Positions 1-6,469 of a DNA stretch of 64,000 bases are shown piece by piece (the stretch's first letter is position 1; every line of letters begins with the position of its first letter). The translations under genes were made by a program, and so were the position numbers. Under the pieces are notes generated by a model. That model saw only the letters and a list, made by a program, of their open reading frames with translations. It was not told the DNA's origin and ran no database searches. This DNA is from a virus. The stretch covers positions 63-64,062 of the IMG/VR virus record IMGVR_UViG_3300011268_000916. One strand, 5' to 3'.

Positions 1-23
1 ATCTGAAAACTCTCAACTTTACC

Positions 24-197
24 ATGTCCCTGCAAGATCGCTGCTACGCACTCGCTGAACAAATTGCTGCTGAAATCAATGGTGATTTGTATTATGTTCC
101 GCAAGAAGATGTGGATGCACTGATGGCTGATCTGACTGTTGACAATTTGGAGGAAAAAGCTAACGAATTGGCCGAGTTGGCACACTGGTTCAACTGA
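24..197 (+). CDS. Small acidic hypothetical protein (57 aa, MSLQDRCYALAEQIAAEING...LAHWFN)
   Basis: Translated by hand and below the ORF-track cutoff. ATG at 24 after a C/A/T-rich leader, TGA at 195-197, same strand and style as the neighbouring small genes. Confidence 0.75.
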   Translation: MSLQDRCYALAEQIAAEINGDLYYVPQEDVDALMADLTVDNLEEKANELAELAHWFN

Positions 198-244
198 TAA
201 GGCCACCTGATCAGTCCCATAAGGAAAGATGATCAGCCAGACCG

Positions 245-273
245 TTGCCTTCCCCCTGGTTTTGGTCTATTCT
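245..273 (+). promoter_or_regulatory. sigma70-type (early) promoter TTGCCT-N17-TATTCT
   Basis: -35-like TTGCCT at 245-250, 17-nt spacer, -10-like TATTCT at 268-273, in the gap before the ATG at 328. Confidence 0.6.
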
Positions 274-327
274 ATGTTCATCGGGGGGAGGGAAACGACC
301 CCCACACCAACCAACGCTACTCAAACC

Positions 328-645
328 ATGCGTAAGATCGAACAGCAAATGAACACCGCCATCACCCGTGAGGTTGATTGGAAGAAAGACAATACCGAAG
401 TTGTGAACATCGACGGTATTTCCTATGTGTATCTGTACGGTCACAAGATTGCTGAAATTGGTGACACCTGGATGCGTATCTTTGACGGTGGACATCAAAC
501 CAACACCACCAAATCGCGTCTGAATGCTCTTCTCTCTGCACATGGAATCGGTGGTGAAGGTGTATTCCAAAAGAACTATGATTGGAAGTTTCGTATGGCC
601 GATGGCACTGTAGTTCCCTTCTTCTCTGGTATGCGTCTCAACTGA
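328..645 (+). CDS. Hypothetical phage protein (105 aa, MRKIEQQMNTAI...)
   Basis: The ORF track starts it at 229, but that start runs through the promoter. ATG 328 follows a typical A/C-rich leader (caaaccATG). It resembles small cyanomyovirus early proteins (from memory). Confidence 0.75.
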   Translation: MRKIEQQMNTAITREVDWKKDNTEVVNIDGISYVYLYGHKIAEIGDTWMRIFDGGHQTNTTKSRLNALLSAHGIGGEGVFQKNYDWKFRMADGTVVPFFSGMRLN

Positions 646-674
646 AAGTGTTCAAGTTCATTATCTCTCAACTC

Positions 675-815
675 ATGCACAAATCCACACTCGATCTATT
701 CTCAAACCACGAAGATGAACGTAACGAGATAGATGATGCGTTCGATTCTGCACTTGAAGAAAGAGCCGCAGAACTCGAAATCACTGTTGACTATTACATC
801 GCCGAATTTCTTTGA
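675..815 (+). CDS. Small acidic hypothetical protein (46 aa, MHKSTLDLF...ITVDYYIAEFL)
   Basis: In-frame ATG at 675 within track ORF 582..815, which avoids overlap with the upstream gene. The C-terminal EERAAELEITVDYYIAEF motif is typical of cyanomyovirus small ORFs (from memory). Confidence 0.7.
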   Translation: MHKSTLDLFSNHEDERNEIDDAFDSALEERAAELEITVDYYIAEFL

Positions 816-817
816 TC

Positions 818-1003
818 ATGAAAATCTCCACCAATTCCACCCCCGCTGATACTTTCTACTTCAACTTTGACCTGCGTGATACAATGACAAAACTCAAAGA
901 TGAGAACACTGCTATCCTAGAGATCTCACTGTTTCGCTATTACATTGCCCTGTACGATGGTTGTATTCAATGGGGTAAAGTAGACGAAGACGGTTATCTC
1001 TAA
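818..1003 (+). CDS. Hypothetical protein (61 aa)
   Basis: Track ORF 812..1003; ATG at 818 directly follows the upstream stop. Confidence 0.6.
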   Translation: MKISTNSTPADTFYFNFDLRDTMTKLKDENTAILEISLFRYYIALYDGCIQWGKVDEDGYL

Positions 1004-1106
1004 ATGATACAAAGTGGAGGGAGTGCGCCACTCTAAAGGGTTGGAAATCTCCGACCGATAAAGACACTCAACAAACACACATTCACTAACAACGAACAAA
1101 CACATT

Positions 1107-1277
1107 ATGTCTAAGCAAGTGATGATCTCCATGCTGCGTCAAGGTAACAACGGGGAACAGATTCTTTCTATTCTTGATGCTATTGCCAGTGACAATGTTT
1201 CGTCCTATGATGTCATCGAATCTCCCATGATTGAGTCCATCCTAGGTGTACCCACTCTGCAAGAGATTGACTTCTGA
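1107..1277 (+). CDS. Small hypothetical protein (56 aa, MSKQVMISMLRQGNNGEQILSILDAI...)
   Basis: Translated by hand and missing from the track. It follows a long G-poor leader, and the N-terminus resembles a conserved cyanomyovirus small-protein family (from memory). Confidence 0.75.
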   Translation: MSKQVMISMLRQGNNGEQILSILDAIASDNVSSYDVIESPMIESILGVPTLQEIDF

Positions 1278-1289
1278 TTTATACTTAAC

Positions 1290-1469
1290 ATGATCACACC
1301 AGTTAATCCTTCCAAACAAAACATGACTGAAAAAACTATCACCAAAACGGAGTTAATCATTGTCGGTATGTTTATAGCATTCTTGGGAGGATTGCTGACC
1401 TTTGTTACACTTAGGGATAGTTGCTTCAATCACTCCTATGCGATGAACTTTCCACAACAATGTAAGTGA
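1290..1469 (+). CDS. Small single-pass membrane protein (59 aa; alternative start 1323)
   Basis: Translated by hand. Hydrophobic stretch LIIVGMFIAFLGGLLTFVTL, then two Cys; TGA at 1467-1469. Confidence 0.65.
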   Translation: MITPVNPSKQNMTEKTITKTELIIVGMFIAFLGGLLTFVTLRDSCFNHSYAMNFPQQCK

Positions 1470-1522
1470 TTCCGTAAAGTTTTCCACAATTTGCTGCTTA
1501 ACTGTGGAAATTGTGGAAAACT
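1448..1522. repeat. Cluster of DnaA-box-like 9-mers including a 15-bp perfect inverted repeat
   Basis: TTTTCCACA at 1480-1488 (+) and 1512-1520 (-); one-mismatch copies at 1448-1456 (+) and 1503-1511 (-). AGTTTTCCACAATTT (1478-1492) pairs perfectly with 1508-1522. Confidence 0.75.
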
Positions 1523-1558
1523 AATAAATGGCTAAAAAAACATGCTTGAGTGATTTAT

Positions 1559-1636
1559 AGAGAGAGAAAGTGCTTGAGAGAAAATGTCTCTGGGCGATGC
1601 AAGTTAAGCCCGCAGGCTATCACACTTTCTCTCTCT
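1559..1636. repeat. 14-bp perfect inverted repeat enclosing two small hairpins (candidate structured RNA or operator)
   Basis: AGAGAGAGAAAGTG (1559-1572) and CACTTTCTCTCTCT (1623-1636); inner stems 1577-1581/1587-1591 and 1592-1595/1608-1611. Confidence 0.6.
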
Positions 1637-1686
1637 TGGCAACCCCCAAAATCCTCCAAAGTTCCTAAATACTGACAGATGGGGGC

Positions 1687-1715
1687 TTGACTTAATCTCT
1701 CATCCTCAGTATAAT
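1687..1715 (+). promoter_or_regulatory. Near-consensus sigma70 promoter TTGACT-N17-TATAAT
   Basis: TTGACT at 1687-1692, TATAAT at 1710-1715, about 40 nt upstream of ATG 1756. Confidence 0.85.
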
Positions 1716-1755
1716 GACACTGTTCCAAGTTCAAACACAAAGTAGCTCTAAGTTA

Positions 1756-1914
1756 ATGGCCAAGCCTAAGGATAACCGAGACCTCTATAAGCTAGCTTAT
1801 GAGGACAACTATTACGAGAGGACTGACAACTACTTCAAAGGCAAGTCTAAGCCCAAGAAGAAGAAATCAGTCAAGAAAAGTTATAAGGATTACGACAGAT
1901 ACGACAACTATTGA
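1756..1914 (+). CDS. Small Lys/Tyr/Asp-rich hypothetical protein (52 aa)
   Basis: In-frame ATG at 1756 downstream of the promoter (the track start at 1714 lies inside the -10 box). Contains a KGKSKPKKKKSVKK basic patch. Confidence 0.7.
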   Translation: MAKPKDNRDLYKLAYEDNYYERTDNYFKGKSKPKKKKSVKKSYKDYDRYDNY

Positions 1915-1970
1915 TAAGATCTGCCAGACCCCTCTGGCATCCTCTCTAACACACTTTCACTCACTCGCTT

Positions 1971-2123
1971 ATGGAATGGGATGTAGATTTAGATTTTGAG
2001 TATGATCCTGGGGAATACGAATGCCCCAGACGATTATACTCAGAACAGGTAGAAAAATTCCTATTTGCTACCGCTTGCCAAACACCTGCCCCCGTGGTAT
2101 TATTACAAGGTAATCAGGAATGA
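1971..2123 (+). CDS. Small hypothetical protein (50 aa, MEWDVDLDFEYDPGEY...)
   Basis: Translated by hand. C/A/T-rich leader; the stop overlaps the next ATG (ATGA at 2120-2123). Confidence 0.55.
   Translation: MEWDVDLDFEYDPGEYECPRRLYSEQVEKFLFATACQTPAPVVLLQGNQE
2075..2103 (+). promoter_or_regulatory. sigma70-type promoter TTGCCA-N17-TATTAT with extended -10 (TGn)
   Basis: TTGCCA at 2075-2080, TG at 2095-2096, TATTAT at 2098-2103, just upstream of ORF 2120. Confidence 0.65.
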
Positions 2124-2344
2124 ACATGATCAACGCCGCAACCGCTAGCAAACTCGATCTGCTGGTCGCTGATGTGCAAGGGCAAATCAAGTACACTGTG
2201 CTTAAGCCTTCGCGTCGTGGTGTGAAAGCTCTCACGGGTCAGCGTGCATGGGCAAATGCAGCTCCTAAGGGGGCATTCCTCCATGGTGCTATTGCTGATG
2301 CCTCGGCAGTTACTAACAACAACACCTGCAGCAAGGCCGCATAA
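2120..2344 (+). CDS. Small basic Ala-rich hypothetical protein (74 aa)
   Basis: Track ORF with a promoter directly upstream; last gene of the GC-richer block. Confidence 0.7.
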   Translation: MNMINAATASKLDLLVADVQGQIKYTVLKPSRRGVKALTGQRAWANAAPKGAFLHGAIADASAVTNNNTCSKAA

Positions 2345-2569
2345 ATGTAGCAAACAGCACTGAGATCGCAGTCGTGGCGGGGGTTTTCGGGGTCGGTGGG
2401 GGCGCCCTCTATATAAAAAAAGGGTCCTTTGCTAATCTATAACGGTCCCTAACGACCTATCGATATATTCCGAAATGAAAAAATTTTTCGCCACAAAATT
2501 TCTTCCCAGGGTGATTCTGTTTTACCACGAAATTACCTATATAATCATCGTACTAATTGAGATCACAAA

Positions 2570-2896
2570 ATGGAGTTTTCCACAGCCAAAAAAATCCTCG
2601 TAGGTATTGCAACGGTAGGACTGTTTAGTTTTCCACAGCCTTCCCAAGCACAGTATTACGAAGAAGTATGCACAAAGTCTCGGACAGTACCCGTGTGGAA
2701 GGAACCTGTGTTGACATCTTATGGATGGGTGCCTGGTCGGTATGAAATGGAAACATTTGTAGAAGAAGTACCATGTCGTAGAAGATCTCGTATATATACA
2801 CCAGTACCAGTTGTTCCAGTATATCCACAACCAGCATGTACTAGTTTTGGATGGAGGAACAGTGGTGGTAAATACTGGTTTAATTTAGGATGTTAG
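2570..2896 (+). CDS. Hypothetical exported protein with a Sec-type signal peptide (108 aa)
   Basis: KK, then hydrophobic ILVGIATVGLFSF, then a PSQA cleavage-like site. The mature part has 4 Cys. Confidence 0.65.
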   Translation: MEFSTAKKILVGIATVGLFSFPQPSQAQYYEEVCTKSRTVPVWKEPVLTSYGWVPGRYEMETFVEEVPCRRRSRIYTPVPVVPVYPQPACTSFGWRNSGGKYWFNLGC

Positions 2897-2898
2897 AT

Positions 2899-3063
2899 AT
2901 GTCAAATACCTACACAACACATGTACAATATGATGAGACATCAGATGACTATTACATTACCCTACCAGAGGAGCTTCTAGAAAGCCTCAACTGGGAGATT
3001 GGTGATGATTTAGAGTGGGAAGAAGATGAAGAGAATGGTGGTTTTATTGTTCGTAAAGCATGA
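2899..3063 (+). CDS. AbrB/MazE/SpoVT-like (swapped-hairpin) small DNA-binding protein (54 aa)
   Basis: Translated by hand and missing from the track: MSNTYTTHVQYDETSDDYYITLPEELLESLNWEIGDDLEWEEDEENGGFIVRKA. It matches the [IL]P..[IL]...L.W..GD.L pattern; the stop overlaps ATG 3060. Confidence 0.7.
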   Translation: MSNTYTTHVQYDETSDDYYITLPEELLESLNWEIGDDLEWEEDEENGGFIVRKA

Positions 3064-3749
3064 GAATCTATTCACGATCTGAAATTGAAAAGATTACAGA
3101 GATAAACTATGCCCATGAACTAACCGTACAGGAAGTTCTAGGGCATAGGTTTGTTACAATAGACAATTTTTTAAAAAATCCGAAAGATTTCACGGAGTTT
3201 CTCGATACATTTCCCGCATACAGTAACGATGATTACCGTATAGATGGTTGCCCTGGTTGGAAACAGGAAATACCAAGAGTGTTCATGAGAGCAATTACGG
3301 AATATCTCTCATCAACATTCGATATCGGCGCGAACACCCTTGATATTTCCTGGTCTACTAACATATACTCAGGCAGAATGCCTAGTCGTGAGAGTAATTA
3401 TCTCCCACATGTAGATCATTGTCCGTTAGTGTTTAATCTTTGGATGAATGAAGAGTGTAGTGGTGGCACTGATTTCTGGGCAATGGGCGGCGCGTTAACC
3501 CGAGATGAAAGTGATTCAGAGTTAAGACAATATTATCAGTATCTTCGTACTCTACCTGTGATGGAAGATTGGAAAGTTTTTGATGGAGATGAAAATTTTC
3601 AGAAGGTCTTTACAGCCGAAATGAAATATAATAGACTTGTCATCTATGATGGTAATATGTGGCACTCACCTCATATTGATTCAAATTCTTATATAGATAG
3701 TTTTAGATATTCGTTGATTGGTTTTACGGAAGATAACTATGAACAGTGA
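3060..3749 (+). CDS. 2OG-Fe(II) oxygenase superfamily protein (DUF6445-like)
   Basis: HxD (YLPHVD), distal His (YNRLVIYDGNMWHSP) and the 2OG-binding Arg (FRYSLIGF). Such genes are common in cyanomyoviruses. Confidence 0.75.
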   Translation: MRIYSRSEIEKITEINYAHELTVQEVLGHRFVTIDNFLKNPKDFTEFLDTFPAYSNDDYRIDGCPGWKQEIPRVFMRAITEYLSSTFDIGANTLDISWSTNIYSGRMPSRESNYLPHVDHCPLVFNLWMNEECSGGTDFWAMGGALTRDESDSELRQYYQYLRTLPVMEDWKVFDGDENFQKVFTAEMKYNRLVIYDGNMWHSPHIDSNSYIDSFRYSLIGFTEDNYEQ

Positions 3750-4053
3750 AAATTTAAACGAAGTTAAATCTCTTTCGTCATTATTCAGTATAACTCCTGA
3801 GATGGCTGAAGTGCATCGTCAACTTGTTGAAGTCACAAGACGTATTGAACGTATTGAACAACGTCTTCCTAGTTCTTGGATTCCACAATATCGAATTAGA
3901 AATGATTCTGAGTACACTCCTCTTGGCGGTGTACTTGATAAGATCTTTGAACAGATTGATGACATCTATGACAAGATGGAAGAATCATTTCAAGTTGATG
4001 CCCCAGATTATCAGAAACAACTAGATAAGTTAAATAAGGATAATGGCAATTAA
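3739..4053 (+). CDS. Hypothetical coiled-coil protein (104 aa)
   Basis: In-frame ATG at 3739 in track ORF 3718..4053, overlapping both neighbours in operon fashion. Confidence 0.7.
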   Translation: MNSENLNEVKSLSSLFSITPEMAEVHRQLVEVTRRIERIEQRLPSSWIPQYRIRNDSEYTPLGGVLDKIFEQIDDIYDKMEESFQVDAPDYQKQLDKLNKDNGN

Positions 4054-6466
4054 AGTTTATGCAGAAACTGGATGTTATAATCCAGGAGTATCAATACTTA
4101 ATTCAAATACAAATGAAACTAATACCTACTCTAGTAGTATCTTACGTTATCCATCATCTGTTAGTGGCAATAACTGGTGGATAAATGGTTATACTCAAGC
4201 ACAGTTAGAAACATTATATACTCCTGTTGATCTTGATACCTGCGTTACTCAGGGTCAGGATTATTTTTATTGCATTATTGATACCACTGGAGCTCAGGTT
4301 CAAAGTGCAATGTCTGGTATAGGATTAACTCAAACTAGAGTTGCTGTTCCTACATGTGGAATACCACAGGATATACCAGAAAATTTAATTGCAACTCAGT
4401 GCAAATCTACTCCCACTGCTATTCCATTTATAGGTGGGACTTCAACTGGAACTGGAGGAAGTACTTCAACAAGTAGTGCTTCTGGAGGTACTGGAGGAAC
4501 TGCAGTTTATGGAAGTATATCCCATGGATCTTATGTAAAATCATCTGTCATTACATGTTCTACACAAGCAATTAATTCTGAGACAGGAACTGTTGGTGGA
4601 GAAGTGAATCCAGAATTCTATGTTGCAGATACTAACTGCAAACATATTCTAATTCAGTACAATAGTGGATCTAGAAAATTAACATCAGGGGAATCTTTGA
4701 CATTTACCGTTAATGAGGTCACGAAAGTAACAACTTCTGGAACGTGGGTTGGGAAAGGATGGACTCCAACATTTAATAGAACTTATGGTAATGTAACATA
4801 TACATTTACAGCAGAAGTTGTTAGAAATATGACAGACATTAATATGGCACATGTAAAAGTCGGAACAACTAATGCCAGATTTCAAGCAGAGATGACAATC
4901 ACTGGTCCAAATAATTTGTCATTCAAAGTTAAAGCCGGTAGAAATATACAGACTAGGGCCGCAATTTATGGTCGATGGGAATTTGATCAAAAGAAGGTTT
5001 ATTGGCTAAAGCAAACTACAAAACCAATTAATAAATCCAGTGATGTTACCATTGAAAAAACAAACTATGAAATTGAAGGTGGGTCTGGCCTTAGCAATTC
5101 TACTATTAAAGCAATAGATGAAGCAACAAAAAGAAATTCTGTTCAGGCTTCTGGAGAAACATCATCACAGGCCTCTATAGATTCAGTATCAGTATTGTTA
5201 AAATCGGAAAATTATCCAAAACAAACAATAGAACAATTAAGTAATACAGTAAACTCATCAGAAAAAAAATTTAATAATGTATCTACAGTTCAAACCGCAA
5301 CACAATCAGACATTAATCAATCAATTCAACAATTACAATCTCAAGGAATTAATGTAGGTTCATCATCAAATTTAACATCAACTATATCTACGATAGATGA
5401 CCAACAATTAAATTTAGATAGTGATATTCAAACTACATCACCGTCAAATATTAATCAATCAATTCAACAATTACAATCCGACGGCACTATTTCTTCAAGT
5501 TCATCTCAAGAGTTAAGAGGATTAATTAATAATTCAAGTTTAAGTACAGGACAAACTGTTAAAAAATCTGGACAAGAATTACAAAGTCAAGATGTTCCAA
5601 AATATATTTTTTCAAATTTAAATCAGGCTCTTGAGAAATCAAATAGTGGTAAATCAAAAAATTCATATAATATAGATTCAAATAAAGATGTTACTAAAGC
5701 TATCAAAGATAGTCTAAGTGTTAATACATCAACAATTAAATATGAACACTATGTTAAAGGAGTTGAAACTGATTCTGCCAAAAAATTAGTACACACAAAT
5801 CCTGTTAGTGGTGGAAAAAATTCTATTGATTCTAAAAAATCTTTAGCTCTTATGGGAGTAAAAGTAGATGTAACTCAATCAAATTTATCCATTGCAAAAG
5901 AATCTAATTTTCAACAAAAAAGTGGAATACAAAGTTCAACATTTCAAAGTATATCACAAGCTAATACACCAACAGCAAAGGCAACTGCTGACATATTGAC
6001 AAATGTACACTCATCAGCTAATACTGCAATTAGTGATATTAATTCTCAAAATGAAAGTAATCCTTATAATGGTGGCCCAGGGCCCTCTAATAATAAAGTA
6101 AAAGAGTATGGTCCAGTAAAAAGTTTTGATCTTCTTCCAAAGTCAACTTCTACTGAAAAAATACAACCTTATCGATATGATGCAGATGAAAGAATGGATA
6201 AAACTTTTAGTTTTTCTCTGCAAATTAATATGTTTGCCACTCCTTGTGGTCCATGTTATACTGTAACCACTACCACATCAAGCGGTAGTGGAACTGGTGG
6301 AACTGGTGGAACTTCCACCTCTACATCAGAAACATGTACACCTAGATCTTCTACAATATCATCTATAACTCTTCCATTTCAAAAAACATTCATAAATAAT
6401 TTGACACCAGAGGCCAATAGATGGTCTAGGATAACTAGAAATTATCAAGACGATTATCAATTATAA
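4043..6466 (+). CDS. Hypothetical, probably structural protein with a long Ser/Gln/Asn-rich central region (807 aa)
   Basis: Long ORF directly upstream of PAAR, with Gly/Thr/Ser linkers and a 29-bp exact internal repeat (5312-5340 = 5450-5478). Confidence 0.7.
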   Translation: MAIKVYAETGCYNPGVSILNSNTNETNTYSSSILRYPSSVSGNNWWINGYTQAQLETLYTPVDLDTCVTQGQDYFYCIIDTTGAQVQSAMSGIGLTQTRVAVPTCGIPQDIPENLIATQCKSTPTAIPFIGGTSTGTGGSTSTSSASGGTGGTAVYGSISHGSYVKSSVITCSTQAINSETGTVGGEVNPEFYVADTNCKHILIQYNSGSRKLTSGESLTFTVNEVTKVTTSGTWVGKGWTPTFNRTYGNVTYTFTAEVVRNMTDINMAHVKVGTTNARFQAEMTITGPNNLSFKVKAGRNIQTRAAIYGRWEFDQKKVYWLKQTTKPINKSSDVTIEKTNYEIEGGSGLSNSTIKAIDEATKRNSVQASGETSSQASIDSVSVLLKSENYPKQTIEQLSNTVNSSEKKFNNVSTVQTATQSDINQSIQQLQSQGINVGSSSNLTSTISTIDDQQLNLDSDIQTTSPSNINQSIQQLQSDGTISSSSSQELRGLINNSSLSTGQTVKKSGQELQSQDVPKYIFSNLNQALEKSNSGKSKNSYNIDSNKDVTKAIKDSLSVNTSTIKYEHYVKGVETDSAKKLVHTNPVSGGKNSIDSKKSLALMGVKVDVTQSNLSIAKESNFQQKSGIQSSTFQSISQANTPTAKATADILTNVHSSANTAISDINSQNESNPYNGGPGPSNNKVKEYGPVKSFDLLPKSTSTEKIQPYRYDADERMDKTFSFSLQINMFATPCGPCYTVTTTTSSGSGTGGTGGTSTSTSETCTPRSSTISSITLPFQKTFINNLTPEANRWSRITRNYQDDYQL

Positions 6467-6469
6467 AAT

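Noticed and set aside
1559-1636. tRNA gene
   Set aside because: The length is similar, but there is no T-loop (TTCRA), D-loop or 7-nt anticodon loop, and the outer stem is 14 bp.
211-2837. Minus-strand ORFs in the early block (211..570, 926..1132, 1205..1429, 1555..1740, 2114..2353, 2537..2830, 2625..2837)
   Set aside because: They overlap plus-strand genes or control elements that have promoters and consistent leaders, and I found no minus-strand promoter support.
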